64,000 bases of DNA. It comes from Escherichia phage vB_EcoM-LTH02. The notes below the pieces were generated by a model that was not told the origin of the DNA, ran no database searches, and saw nothing but the letters and a program-made list of their open reading frames with translations. Both the position numbers and the translations under genes were made by a program. The stretch is from sequence record PP430346; one strand, given 5' to 3'. Shown here one piece after another: positions 35,024 to 45,222 of the stretch (position 1 is its first letter; each line of letters begins with the position of its first letter).

Positions 35024-37001
35024 AGGTCGTAAATTGAAAGAGGCTGGTCAGTTTATTGGTCATTGTGCATGTCCACGTTGTGGTTCATCAGATGCTGGTT
35101 CAATCTACCATCATGACGATGGTTCTTATTCGATGACTTGCTTTAGCTGTAACAAAGGTTTCCCAGAGTGGGATTTTGATAAAGGACAAATCGTGAGCAC
35201 TTATTCTACTGGTTCAGATAATAAAAACCGTACTTTCCGTGGAATGGATTTAGATGATGTAAAAGAAAACCTAGAAGCAATGGATTTGAAAGACAGGAAG
35301 ATTCCTGCAAAAGTCCTTGAGCGTTTAGGTATTAAGGTTGACATTGATAGTGACGGTGAAATTGATGCGCATTTCTATCCAACTTACAAACGTAATGAAG
35401 ATGGCAAGCTAGAACATGTTGGCTACCGTGTTCGTCACCGTTACCCAGAAGACCATCCAAAAGAACACCTACGTGGCAAGTTAAAAGACTTTTCAGGTGG
35501 TGTTGGGGATATTAAAGGTGAACTGGCAATGTTCGGTTCATGGATTGCTCCAGAAGGTGGTAACCGTTTATTCATCTGGGAAGGTGAGATGGAATGTGCT
35601 ACAGCAATCTACATGACTTCTCTGGCAATTAAAGATAAGTCTCGTCGTAAGAATTACTGTCACGTATCTGTACCATCAGGTGCAAACATTAAGTCTATCA
35701 AAGACAACTATCAGTACATTACATCATTTGACGAGATTTACTTGTGCTTTGATAATGATGAAGCAGGTGCTAAAGCAACAAAAGAGGCTGCTGGCATCTT
35801 ACCTATTGAGAAGGTTCGTTTGTTCCAGTATCCAGAAGGTGTAAAAGACCTTAATGAATGGTGGACAAAGTTCTATAAAGAGAAAGACACAGTTCTGGAA
35901 GGATTTAAGCAGCGTATCTACAATGCACCTCGTTACTGCCCTGCTGGTATCAAGAATTTCGCAGACGGTTTTGAGGCAATGAAGAATCGTGGTCAGATTC
36001 CATTGATTCCTTTCCCAGAGTCTTTCGGGGATTTGAACAGGCTGACTTATGGTGGTTATGGTTTAGGTGAGATTACAACTATTGCAGCACCATCTTCAGT
36101 AGGTAAGTCAGCTTACACTCGTGAGATGATTTATTCAGCTTGGAAAGAAACTGATTACAATATCGGTGTAATTCCTGTAGAAGACACCTATGAAGAGTTG
36201 ATGGAGATGCTCTGTGCAATTCACCTAAGCAAGCAGATTTCTGAGATTCCTTATGACGAACGTAATTGGGATGAATTAAAGGAAGCACACGCAGAACTAT
36301 CTAAAGGTCGTCGTATCCACATCGTAGACCATCAAGGGGCAATTGACCAAGATAACCTGCTTGAATTTGTTGACTATCTTGTTAACAGTTTAGACTGTAA
36401 GATTATTATTCTTGACCCTATTACGTTGGCTCTGTCACGTTCAGATACGGATGAAGAGGAAGTTTTGTCTGAACTATTGCGTCGTTGCAAACGCTATCAG
36501 TATGCACAGGTTAACGTCTGTCACGTTCGTAAGAGTGCAGGTGGTCAGAAAGCTAACTCTGAAGGTGGAGATATCTCTGAAGAGGATATTAAGGGTTCTG
36601 GTGCATACTTCCAGATTTCCATGAACAACATTCTGTTAATGCGTAACAAGGTTGACCCAGACCCTGTTAAGAAAAACTTGACAAAAATCAAGTTAACTAA
36701 GTGTCGTCGTCATGGTAAGTCAACAGGTATCGCTGGTCATACTTGGTACAATCCAGACACAGGACGTCTTATCAAAGCTTCTGGGTGTGGTGTTGACATT
36801 GATGGTGCAGCAGAGAATATTCGTCAACAGTTTGGTATTGGTGAAGCTGAAGACCATTATGATGACTCTTTACCTCATTACGAGGATGAAGTGTTTGACC
36901 GTGAGACTGGTGAAGTTTATACTGAAGAACAGCGTCAAAGCTCAACGATTCCACCTGTATTAAGTGAGGATGCAGATGACTGCCCATTCGAAACTGAGTG
37001 A
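35010..37001 (+). CDS. Bifunctional primase-helicase (T7 gp4-like)
   Basis: N-terminal Cys4 zinc ribbon (CPRCGSS...CFSCNKG), central TOPRIM-like acidic region, C-terminal DnaB-type Walker A (APSSVGKSAY). Confidence 0.8.
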   Translation: MLMSKGRKLKEAGQFIGHCACPRCGSSDAGSIYHHDDGSYSMTCFSCNKGFPEWDFDKGQIVSTYSTGSDNKNRTFRGMDLDDVKENLEAMDLKDRKIPAKVLERLGIKVDIDSDGEIDAHFYPTYKRNEDGKLEHVGYRVRHRYPEDHPKEHLRGKLKDFSGGVGDIKGELAMFGSWIAPEGGNRLFIWEGEMECATAIYMTSLAIKDKSRRKNYCHVSVPSGANIKSIKDNYQYITSFDEIYLCFDNDEAGAKATKEAAGILPIEKVRLFQYPEGVKDLNEWWTKFYKEKDTVLEGFKQRIYNAPRYCPAGIKNFADGFEAMKNRGQIPLIPFPESFGDLNRLTYGGYGLGEITTIAAPSSVGKSAYTREMIYSAWKETDYNIGVIPVEDTYEELMEMLCAIHLSKQISEIPYDERNWDELKEAHAELSKGRRIHIVDHQGAIDQDNLLEFVDYLVNSLDCKIIILDPITLALSRSDTDEEEVLSELLRRCKRYQYAQVNVCHVRKSAGGQKANSEGGDISEEDIKGSGAYFQISMNNILLMRNKVDPDPVKKNLTKIKLTKCRRHGKSTGIAGHTWYNPDTGRLIKASGCGVDIDGAAENIRQQFGIGEAEDHYDDSLPHYEDEVFDRETGEVYTEEQRQSSTIPPVLSEDADDCPFETE

Positions 37002-37253
37002 TAGTTATAAAAGAGAGGGGTTCATACCCTTCTTTGAAGAAAAAAGTTTAAATGAATTTCAGGAAGAGTGTTTGACAAAGGTTGATAGGTTCTATAGAAT
37101 GCTCTACATGAAATGTGATGGAGGCGTTGAGGTAGAAGAAAAGTTCCATCACAGCATAATCACAGTCACTATTACTATACCTAAACATAATATTGGTTGG
37201 CTGTTTATAATTAAAGAAAATGTGTTTGAATATCAAGTATATCGGAGAATATC

Positions 37254-37403
37254 ATGAAACACTCTAAAGCATTTGAACAAGTTTTTGGGGATTCCTTAAA
37301 AGCCACTGCTGGTAAACCAGCAAAATACTATGAAGAGAAGCGTGTAAGAACTGGAAAAACTGCACGTAAAGCAGCTTCTAAAGATAAGCACAACTTCCAG
37401 TAA
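37254..37403 (+). CDS. Small basic ORF (49 aa) not in the supplied track
   Basis: ATG at 37254 with GGAGA 8 nt upstream and ATGA overlap with the previous ORF stop. Confidence 0.3.
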   Translation: MKHSKAFEQVFGDSLKATAGKPAKYYEEKRVRTGKTARKAASKDKHNFQ

Positions 37404-37410
37404 TTAATAT

Positions 37411-37439
37411 TTGACAATAGAGTATCAACAAATTAGAAT
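37411..37439 (+). promoter_or_regulatory. Sigma70-like promoter upstream of SSB
   Basis: TTGACA (37411-37416), 17-nt spacer, TAGAAT (37434-37439). Confidence 0.5.
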
Positions 37440-37475
37440 TGGTACTCTTCATAAATTGAGATAGAGGTTTAAATA

Positions 37476-38333
37476 ATGTCTAAAGTTGTTAAAATGAAAG
37501 CTCCGGTAGAGAAGTACAATGGTACTGAACGTCAAACTCTGCGTTACCTTCTGAAAGATGTCTGGTTTTATTACCTGAACACTTCACCACGTCCGGGAAA
37601 AGGTAAATCCATTGATAAGAAATTCCCAGGCAAAGACTGTAACTACAGTGTTTCAATTCTGGCAGAAGATGGTAACAAGCTGTTTAAAGAGTTTACTAAG
37701 TCTAAGAAAAACCCAGAAGGTTGGGATAAAGTTACTACTGAAGCAGTTGATGCAGATGACTTCGAAGAGAAGTTTGGTTGCAAACCACCATTTGAAGCAG
37801 ACACTTACTACATCTTGAAAGTAAGTCGTGCAGCAGCTTATAAAGATGGTGCTGTGTGGACAGCTAAACAGTCATTCCCTGTAATGCTGATTGAAGAAGT
37901 AAATGGTAAGCGTGTAGCTGTTAAACAGCCGATGAAGAAAATCAAAGCTCAAGCATCTGACAAACATGAAGATGACAAGAACTATGATGTAATTCATCCA
38001 GATATTGCAGTCGGTAATGGTTCTTTTGGTAGTGTGATTCTTTCTACTCACTTCTACACTTTTGAGAACAATGTTCTGACAAAACCTATTCAGGAACAGT
38101 TTATCATTGATACCCTTGTACCTTACACTGGTGGTAACGGTACTAACGGTGAACCTGAACTGGATGAAGACGAACTGGCTATGCTTGGTCTTGATGGTGT
38201 TGAAGATAACGGTGAAATCACTGAAGAAGACGCAAAAGACCACAAACCTGCTAATGATTCTGATGATGGTGACGATGAAGACTTGCCAGACCCAGATGAC
38301 GAAGAAGATGAAGACTTCGATACAGAAGACTAA
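37476..38333 (+). CDS. Single-stranded DNA-binding protein (T7 gp2.5-like)
   Basis: 285 aa with strongly acidic C-terminal tail ending DEEDEDFDTED, the hallmark of gp2.5-type SSBs; located between helicase and FEN genes. Confidence 0.6.
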   Translation: MSKVVKMKAPVEKYNGTERQTLRYLLKDVWFYYLNTSPRPGKGKSIDKKFPGKDCNYSVSILAEDGNKLFKEFTKSKKNPEGWDKVTTEAVDADDFEEKFGCKPPFEADTYYILKVSRAAAYKDGAVWTAKQSFPVMLIEEVNGKRVAVKQPMKKIKAQASDKHEDDKNYDVIHPDIAVGNGSFGSVILSTHFYTFENNVLTKPIQEQFIIDTLVPYTGGNGTNGEPELDEDELAMLGLDGVEDNGEITEEDAKDHKPANDSDDGDDEDLPDPDDEEDEDFDTED

Positions 38334-38351
38334 TCTCTAAAAGTTACTTTA

Positions 38352-38379
38352 AAGCCCTGTACTTAGTATGGGGCTTTTT
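38352..38379 (+). terminator. Rho-independent terminator after SSB
   Basis: AAGCCCT-loop-GGGGCTT followed by TTTT. Confidence 0.5.
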
Positions 38380-38395
38380 CATATGGAGAGCCACA

Positions 38396-39436
38396 ATGGA
38401 GAAGTATACACTAACAAAACTTCCCGATTCAGTTACACATGTCTTTATCGACTCTGACAGTATTGCCTATAAAGGTGCTTGTGTAGTTGAGAAAGCAAAA
38501 TATAAGTATGTCAATAAACTCACAGCAGAAGAATCTGAATCATTTGATAATGCAAAAGATGCTGCAAGATGGTTAGCAGACCAGAGAATCCTTGTAGAAG
38601 AACTTGGCCTAACATTTGATGAAGATGAATGGGAAAGACAGACTTGGAAAGAAGCTAAGAGTGAAAAAGAAGCTATCATGGCTACTCAGCAGGTTCTTCA
38701 GGAATGGCTTAAGGTTGTTGGTAAAGAAAGAACTTGGGTAGGTTACTTGACAGAGAAGGGTGTACATAAGCATAAAGACGTTAAAGGTCTTGAACACCAA
38801 TATCAAGGTAACCGTAAAGATGCTGTCACACCAACGCACTTAGTTGCTTGTCGTGAATATCTTTTATCCAGACCAGAGTTCAAACTCTTAAAGGGTGGAT
38901 TCGAAGCTGACTCAATCGTAATTGCTAAAGCTGAAAAGATGGGTAAGAAAGCTGCTCTTATGAGTATTGACAAAGACCTTCGACAAGCTGAAGGAACCTA
39001 TTGTATTGATATGACTTATGAAAAATCACCACTAATTTTTATCGCTGATAATAATGTTGGTGATATCTGGGATTGTCCTATCAAATCAAAACCAAAAGCT
39101 GCAAAAACAGTTGGTGTAGGTTTTAAATTCTTGTGTTATCAGGCTGTTGCTGGAGATAATGCAGACAACTACTTCGGCCTTAAAGGTGCTGGAAAAGTAG
39201 CTGTGATGAATGCTTTAGATGGTAAAGAGACCTATAAAGAGTGTCTTGATGCTATCTATGAACTCTATGCTAAAAAAGAGTCTTACACCTATGTGTCATG
39301 GGATGGACAGACTGTCACAAAGACACCATTAGAGCTAATGGAACAGCATTTCTGGATAGCATATCAAGAGAGAAATCCAAAAGATAATTTCTCTTTTAAG
39401 AAATATAATTGGGAGCCGTGTATGAATGAAGATTAA
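38396..39436 (+). CDS. 5'-3' exonuclease / flap endonuclease (RNase H-like)
   Basis: N-terminal VFIDSDSIAYKGA resembles the T4 RNase H/FEN metal-binding start; downstream GDNADNYFGLKGAGKVAV fits the acidic cluster plus H3TH motif. Confidence 0.6.
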   Translation: MEKYTLTKLPDSVTHVFIDSDSIAYKGACVVEKAKYKYVNKLTAEESESFDNAKDAARWLADQRILVEELGLTFDEDEWERQTWKEAKSEKEAIMATQQVLQEWLKVVGKERTWVGYLTEKGVHKHKDVKGLEHQYQGNRKDAVTPTHLVACREYLLSRPEFKLLKGGFEADSIVIAKAEKMGKKAALMSIDKDLRQAEGTYCIDMTYEKSPLIFIADNNVGDIWDCPIKSKPKAAKTVGVGFKFLCYQAVAGDNADNYFGLKGAGKVAVMNALDGKETYKECLDAIYELYAKKESYTYVSWDGQTVTKTPLELMEQHFWIAYQERNPKDNFSFKKYNWEPCMNED

Positions 39437-39923
39437 AGGATTTGGCAATTGTCCTACCTATGGTCATTGGGTATCTTTATGTGGGGAAGTTGACCCCACT
39501 AAACATTTTGGTTTTGTCTATTTAGTACACTGTAAGAAAACCGGGCAATATTATATTGGAAAGAAACAGCTTAATAGCGTGACCAAAAGAAAAGTTGCTG
39601 GCAAGACTCGGAAGAAGGTAGTCACTAAGGAGAGTGATTGGATGACTTATGAGACTTCTTCTGAGTATATTAAAAAGGATATTGAGAGCTTTGGAAAAGA
39701 ATTTTTTGACTTTTACATTATCCAAACCTACTACACAAAAGGCGGTCTAGTTTATGGCGAAGCAAACCTTCAACATAAATTCGATGTCATGACAAAAAGG
39801 ATTGACTCTAAGCTCAGACTCTTCTACAATGCCAATATTGCAGCAATTAAGTTTATTACTAAAGAAACTTATGAAGATGCTGAAAAAAGAATCCATAAGG
39901 TAATGAAAGCAAGCTGTGCTTGA
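39426..39923 (+). CDS. GIY-YIG nuclease-domain protein (homing endonuclease-like)
   Basis: FGFVYLVHCKKTGQYYIGKK matches the GIY...YIG signature with the following conserved Arg region; free-standing between replication genes. Confidence 0.5.
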   Translation: MKIKGFGNCPTYGHWVSLCGEVDPTKHFGFVYLVHCKKTGQYYIGKKQLNSVTKRKVAGKTRKKVVTKESDWMTYETSSEYIKKDIESFGKEFFDFYIIQTYYTKGGLVYGEANLQHKFDVMTKRIDSKLRLFYNANIAAIKFITKETYEDAEKRIHKVMKASCA

Positions 39924-39944
39924 TAACTATTGAGAGAGAATAAA

Positions 39945-40175
39945 ATGTTTAACAAAAGTAAAGCTGTGAGTCATGTAGCAAAGGTTGACAGCAAGATTGA
40001 AGAACTTGAGCGCATTCTTGCAAATGCCAGAGAGTCAATAATTAAAGAAGTTGAAGCTGTTGAATCTCAAATGCAGCACCTAATGCTTAAACGTCAAGAG
40101 TTACGTGAGCATCTGGAATATATTGAAACACGAGAGCTAAAAGTTAATAGATTTTTAAGGAGTCCGAATGTTTAA
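39945..40175 (+). CDS. Small coiled-coil protein (track start 39930 is TTG; ATG at 39945 preferred)
   Basis: RBS GAGAGAGA upstream of the ATG at 39945. Confidence 0.35.
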   Translation: MFNKSKAVSHVAKVDSKIEELERILANARESIIKEVEAVESQMQHLMLKRQELREHLEYIETRELKVNRFLRSPNV

Positions 40176-40923
40176 CTCAAGAGAATCAGTAAAAAACTGG
40201 AATCTTCGTTGCGGAAACACCCAAAAGCAACCTTACAGTGATGAGTATTGGGAATCTTTGAAATCCCAGTCTCTGTGTATGCTTGAAGAAGCAAAAGAGC
40301 TTGTAAAAGCAATTGAAGAGAAAGACCCCATTGAGACACTGGATGCTCAGGCAGATTTGCAATATGTTCTTGACGGTCTGATTTATCTGTCACAACATGA
40401 CCACAATGGTGCTATGGAAGCTGTTTGCCATAATAATGACCTGAAGTACACAGATGACTATGAAGAAGCTTTAAAGCGTCTTGCAGATGTTGAGAAGCGT
40501 ACTGGTCAAGAGTGTATCATCAGAATGTCAGTGGTTGATGGTAAAGAGTGGTATGCGATTGTCCGTGCAGCCGATGGGAAGATTATGAAGCAATCAAATC
40601 TCCCTAAAGTACAGCTTGGTGAATACATTGTAGAGCTTGAAAGCCAAGAACTTTTTGTGGTAGTATCTGAGACATGCGTTATCTGCAAAGGTATTGTAGG
40701 TAGCTTAAAGGATTTGGGTGTAGATGGTTTTGTAGAAGTTAATCCAATTACCTCTAAAGCAGATAAAGATTTCTGTAAAGAGAATGGACTATGGATTGCA
40801 GATATTGTCTACTATGATGGTGAGCAGTTCCATGTAACCTCATACCCGAAACTGAATTATGATGCTAATAACCTGAAGTGCTGGTTAAAAGGGGTTGGTT
40901 ATAATGGATTCACAGAACATTAA
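40168..40923 (+). CDS. Protein with N-terminal MazG-like NTP pyrophosphohydrolase motif
   Basis: LEEAKELVKAIEEKDPIETLDAQADLQYVLDGL resembles the EExxE...E/D-x-x-D all-alpha MazG metal-binding helices. Confidence 0.35.
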   Translation: MFNSRESVKNWNLRCGNTQKQPYSDEYWESLKSQSLCMLEEAKELVKAIEEKDPIETLDAQADLQYVLDGLIYLSQHDHNGAMEAVCHNNDLKYTDDYEEALKRLADVEKRTGQECIIRMSVVDGKEWYAIVRAADGKIMKQSNLPKVQLGEYIVELESQELFVVVSETCVICKGIVGSLKDLGVDGFVEVNPITSKADKDFCKENGLWIADIVYYDGEQFHVTSYPKLNYDANNLKCWLKGVGYNGFTEH

Positions 40924-41227
40924 TAAAGAAGGTGTGGCTCAGAAGAGCCACTTCTCAAACTACAATATCTCTATGACGGTATTTATGAATGACCCGTTAC
41001 TTGAGAAGTATGGTGAGACTCCAGATACACTTCTGGATAATGAACAAGTTTTAAAAGCAGTCCTGTACAAATATGGGATTGATATCGAGAAAGAGTATTC
41101 CTTTGAAATCTGCCTACACAGAAATACTTTTGGGAAAGTTGTGATGGCTCCACTCTTCATGGGTGTAGAAAGAACTGACTATGGTTGGTTATATCTAAAA
41201 AGAAACTTGGAGAAATACCGTGTCTAA
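40904..41227 (+). CDS. Hypothetical protein (track start 40895 is TTG)
   Basis: In-frame ATG at 40904. Confidence 0.3.
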   Translation: MDSQNINKEGVAQKSHFSNYNISMTVFMNDPLLEKYGETPDTLLDNEQVLKAVLYKYGIDIEKEYSFEICLHRNTFGKVVMAPLFMGVERTDYGWLYLKRNLEKYRV

Positions 41228-41558
41228 AGCAAAAAAGCTATCTTATGATGACATTATCTCAGGTGCTAAATTAGGTGTTGATAGTATCGGACAAGATGTT
41301 AAGCACGGAGACACAGTTATGTACTGTGATGACCGAAGAGGGAGAAGTGCAATCTTGTTTGGAAGAATTGTTTGCAAGATGCGAGGTAATTACGTTGTTG
41401 CAGACATGGATGTGAACGTTACACAAAAACTTGAAACACTTATGGATGATAATACATCATCATGGTTCTCCCTGAATTGTATGCACACTTCTTCAGTCAC
41501 AAAAGTAAGTGATAAGTTTTACGATATGTGGCAGAATGAGCAAATTTTCAAGATTTAA
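41220..41558 (+). CDS. Hypothetical protein (GTG start)
   Basis: GGAGA 8 nt upstream of the GTG at 41220. Confidence 0.3.
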   Translation: MSKAKKLSYDDIISGAKLGVDSIGQDVKHGDTVMYCDDRRGRSAILFGRIVCKMRGNYVVADMDVNVTQKLETLMDDNTSSWFSLNCMHTSSVTKVSDKFYDMWQNEQIFKI

Positions 41559-41564
41559 ACTAGG

Positions 41565-41586
41565 GAGCCTCTTCGGAGGCTCTTTT
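41565..41586 (+). terminator. Rho-independent terminator
   Basis: Perfect 7-bp stem GAGCCTC-TTCG-GAGGCTC followed by TTTT. Confidence 0.6.
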
Positions 41587-41604
41587 CATCTGTAGGATTC
41601 AAAA

Positions 41605-43839
41605 ATGATTAAGACAATTAAAAAATCAAATGGTACAGTAGTAAACTTTGACCCAGAAAGACTGAATAAGTGGGCATCATGGGCAGATAAGCGTGGAATT
41701 ATCTGGTCAGAAGTCACTATGGAAGCCATGAAACGTGTCTATGAAGGTTGCACTACAAAAGAGATGCACCAAGCCATGATTGATGTTTGTGTTGATAAAC
41801 AAACTCAAGAGTACTCAGATATGGCTGGACGGCTACTTCTAGGAATTATCTACAAAGAAGCCTTTGGAGGCTTTACTAAGGTTCCTACACTGGTTACCTT
41901 CGTTAAAAATATGGAGAGAGCAGGACTTTGGGAGAAGATGGACTACTCTCAGGAAGAGCTTGAATATCTGCAAGGGTACATTGTGCACTCAAAAGATATC
42001 TCTTACGGTTATGCAGTCTTGAAACAGTTTAGAGACAAGTATGGTATCCGTGATATTAAAACTGGAAGATTATTTGAGTCACCACAGTTTATGTTTATGG
42101 GTATGGCTATGAAAGCCTTTGAGAAGCAACCAAAGCACCGTAGGCTGCAAGATGTTATCAAACTGTACACTTACCTATCTGACCTGAAGATTAATGCTCC
42201 TACGCCTTATCTGAATGGTTTAAGAGCTACTAAATCAGGTTATGCGTCATGCTGTTTGATTAAGGCGAATGATACTGCTGAATCACTCGGTATTGCTGCA
42301 AAGGTTGCTTATGATATGACTACAAAGCAAGCTGGTATTGGAATGCTGATGGAGACTCGCACTATTGGTGATGGTATCCGTCAAAATACTATTGAGCATA
42401 TGGGTAAACTACCTTATTACAAGCTTGTACGTTCATCTGTAGAGGCAAACAAACAGAAGAGCCGTGGTGGTTCAGCTAACAACTTCTACACTGCTCTAGA
42501 CCCGCAGATTGAAGATTTACTGCGTTTGAAGCACCCTACAACGGTTCCTTCTAAACGTATTAATGAGATGGACTACTCATTCGGTACAAATGATTATTTT
42601 TGGCAGTGTGTTCAATATGATACAGACTGGTTGCTATTCTCTTACAAGGATGCACCAAAGCTCTATGACATGTTCTACACAGCATCTGCTGATGAGTTTG
42701 CTATGGCAGTTGGTCACGCAGTACATTCAGGTGTTAAGCACAGACGGGTGAAGGCTCGTGAAATTGCTAAACTGTTTATCCAGCAGCGTTATGCAACAGG
42801 TCGTGTGTATCCATTCTTCACAAATAATGCAAACACACATACACCATTTAAAGAACCTTTGAAGATGTCAAATCTTTGTATGGAAATTGTGTTGCCAGTG
42901 TATGGCTTTGAGAAGGAGACAGACCTTTACAGAGATGATGCTGTGAAAGAGGATGGTGAGGTAGCTCTTTGCTTCCTAGCTAGTTTGGTTGCAGGGAGAA
43001 TTTCAGAAGATGAATACGCTGACGTTGCTTATTATGCTCTTGCAATGGTTGACTCCGTTATTGACCTTATGGATTATCCGTATCCGTCGATGCGCAACCA
43101 TGTTCAGAAGCGTCGTTCTGTTGGGATTGGCCTTACAAATGTGGCTCATTACCTTGCAAAAAACTACGTGAACTACTCTTCAAGAGCAGGTAAGACGAAG
43201 CTTCATGAGCTTGCTGAAATGCACTCTTACTACTTACACGAAGCTTCTTTAAGACTTGCTAAAGAGCGTGGTGTACCTGAGTATATGCAGTTCACGAAGT
43301 ATCCTGAAGGTTGGGTTCCTCCAAAGACAGCTAACAGGAAGATTGATGAGAAGCATGATGCAAAACTTCGTTATGATTGGGATGACTTAGCACAACGTAT
43401 TAAAGAAAATGGTGGAATCCGTAACTCTGTATTAGAAGCTTACATGCCTAATGAGAGTTCTTCACTGGCAACTAATACGACAAACGGCTTGTATCCAATT
43501 CGTGACTTTATTTTAACTAAAAAGTCTGCAACTGGTAACGTACTATTTATTGTTCCAGATTACGAAGAGTTGAAGTATGTCTATGAAATTGCTTGGGATA
43601 TTGACACCTTTGACCTGATTGATTGTTATGCAATTGTTCAAAAGTTCACTGGTCAAGCTATCTCTTCAGATTTCTATGTTGACTACGCAAAAGCTAAGAA
43701 GGTATCATTGGCTCAAGCTTTGAAGTATATGATTTATGCCAACTCAGTCGGTATGAAAACCATGTACTACCTCAACAGCCGCATTGGTGTAGGTAAGTCT
43801 GCACTGCAAGATGCTTATTGCGAGGGTTGTGGTGTTTAG
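41605..43839 (+). CDS. nrdA: Ribonucleoside-diphosphate reductase large subunit (class I)
   Basis: Active-site motif NLCMEI and C-terminal redox cysteine pair (YCEGCGV). Confidence 0.85.
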   Translation: MIKTIKKSNGTVVNFDPERLNKWASWADKRGIIWSEVTMEAMKRVYEGCTTKEMHQAMIDVCVDKQTQEYSDMAGRLLLGIIYKEAFGGFTKVPTLVTFVKNMERAGLWEKMDYSQEELEYLQGYIVHSKDISYGYAVLKQFRDKYGIRDIKTGRLFESPQFMFMGMAMKAFEKQPKHRRLQDVIKLYTYLSDLKINAPTPYLNGLRATKSGYASCCLIKANDTAESLGIAAKVAYDMTTKQAGIGMLMETRTIGDGIRQNTIEHMGKLPYYKLVRSSVEANKQKSRGGSANNFYTALDPQIEDLLRLKHPTTVPSKRINEMDYSFGTNDYFWQCVQYDTDWLLFSYKDAPKLYDMFYTASADEFAMAVGHAVHSGVKHRRVKAREIAKLFIQQRYATGRVYPFFTNNANTHTPFKEPLKMSNLCMEIVLPVYGFEKETDLYRDDAVKEDGEVALCFLASLVAGRISEDEYADVAYYALAMVDSVIDLMDYPYPSMRNHVQKRRSVGIGLTNVAHYLAKNYVNYSSRAGKTKLHELAEMHSYYLHEASLRLAKERGVPEYMQFTKYPEGWVPPKTANRKIDEKHDAKLRYDWDDLAQRIKENGGIRNSVLEAYMPNESSSLATNTTNGLYPIRDFILTKKSATGNVLFIVPDYEELKYVYEIAWDIDTFDLIDCYAIVQKFTGQAISSDFYVDYAKAKKVSLAQALKYMIYANSVGMKTMYYLNSRIGVGKSALQDAYCEGCGV

Positions 43840-43894
43840 TTTTAATAACTATGAGGGTCGTAAAAGACCCTCTAAAATTAACTTTGGAGAGACT

Positions 43895-44152
43895 ATGAAA
43901 GACTTAATAGCAAATCACGAATGGCCCATATACTTGCTCCACAAACCTCGGAAAACGATGTACTATGTGAGTAGCACAGACATGATGATAAAACAAAATG
44001 ATGACTCATGGGTCGATGGTGTCTCTTACATCTCTACAGCAGATGGTAAAATCTATGCAAGACCTTATGACATGTTTAACAAAGAAAATTGGGAAGTTTT
44101 AGACAGAAAACAAGCCTTAGAGATGATAAAGAAAGGAGAAATCACGCTATGA
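43895..44152 (+). CDS. Small protein between nrdA and nrdB (track start 43811 lies inside nrdA)
   Basis: ATG at 43895 preceded by GGAGAGA. Confidence 0.3.
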   Translation: MKDLIANHEWPIYLLHKPRKTMYYVSSTDMMIKQNDDSWVDGVSYISTADGKIYARPYDMFNKENWEVLDRKQALEMIKKGEITL

Positions 44153-45222
44153 TTAACCAACACCCAATCTTTTTAGGTGGTGAGAGGAAGACATTTGACT
44201 CACTTAACAAGCACTACCCAAAAATCTTTGAACTCTATAAACAACAAAAAGCACAAGACTGGTCAGAAGATGAGTTCCCTTTTGAACAATCACGTCTTGA
44301 TTTTGAGAGTGTACCAGCATCAATGTCAGGTGTAATGCTTGAGATTCTTAAGTGGCAGTGGGAAGCAGATACCCAAGTTGCTAAGAGTTTAGCGTTTGCT
44401 TTTGCACCATTCATCTCTGATGACATTTATGCAACTGCAATTATGAAGCAGTCTGAGATTGAAAACCTACATGCTCTTACTTACTCGGAGATTGTAAGAC
44501 AGTGTATTAAAAATCCTGAAACAATCTTAGATGAGATTAACCAGAACATTGCTGTACAAGACCGATTAAAAACTGTGAATCGTGTTCTTGAAGAATTACT
44601 GGATGAAGGTATAAACTATCGACTGAGTTATGTCCGTGACTCACTTCTGGATAAAGACCCTTTGCACTTCCATAAAGTGATTCTAAAAGGTCTATTTGCA
44701 GTGACTGCACTGGAAGGTATATCTTTTATGGCATCCTTTGCATGTACTTTTGCACTCGATGCTCAAGATAAATTTCAGGGTATTGCTCAAGCTGTCCAGA
44801 AAATTATGCTTGATGAAATCCTTCACACTAAAATTGATATTGAAGTTTTAAAAGAAACTTTAAGAGATGATGAGTGGCAAAAAGCTTTCCAACAAATTCT
44901 TCCAGAGATTAAAGTAATCTTAGATGAAGTAGTTGAAAGTGAAGAAAAATGGTCGTATTATATCTTCTCCGAAGGACGTGCTGTAGTTGGTTTAAATACA
45001 AAGCTTCTTCATGAGTGGGTTTACTATAATGCTGCCCCACTGTATGATATGTTTGGCATTCCCAGAGATTTTGTAGCTCCTAAAGAACCACCTTTGAAGT
45101 ATATGATTAAGAAGATGGAAATTGATAAAGAGCAGAATGCTAATCAGGAGCAACAGAACGGTGCGTATTTATTGAATACTGTTGTAGATGATTTGAATAG
45201 TGGATTTTTAGAGGTTCCTTAA
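44149..45222 (+). CDS. nrdB: Ribonucleoside-diphosphate reductase small subunit (class I)
   Basis: Ferritin-like helical protein directly after nrdA; ATG at 44149 preceded by AAAGGAG (track start 44089 is TTG). Confidence 0.8.
   Translation: MINQHPIFLGGERKTFDSLNKHYPKIFELYKQQKAQDWSEDEFPFEQSRLDFESVPASMSGVMLEILKWQWEADTQVAKSLAFAFAPFISDDIYATAIMKQSEIENLHALTYSEIVRQCIKNPETILDEINQNIAVQDRLKTVNRVLEELLDEGINYRLSYVRDSLLDKDPLHFHKVILKGLFAVTALEGISFMASFACTFALDAQDKFQGIAQAVQKIMLDEILHTKIDIEVLKETLRDDEWQKAFQQILPEIKVILDEVVESEEKWSYYIFSEGRAVVGLNTKLLHEWVYYNAAPLYDMFGIPRDFVAPKEPPLKYMIKKMEIDKEQNANQEQQNGAYLLNTVVDDLNSGFLEVP

Noticed and set aside
36964-37257. ORF 36964-37257 overlapping the 3' end of the primase-helicase gene
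   Set aside because: The first 12 codons overlap the helicase C-terminus and no RBS precedes the start; possibly real from an internal Met, but support is too weak to annotate.
44089-44148. Upstream extended starts given in the ORF track (44089 for nrdB, 50846 for prs, 43811, 48991, 39930, 40895, 50544, 26803)
   Set aside because: These use TTG/GTG codons or lie inside the preceding gene; in each case an in-frame ATG with a purine-rich RBS lies downstream, so the shorter gene models were preferred.
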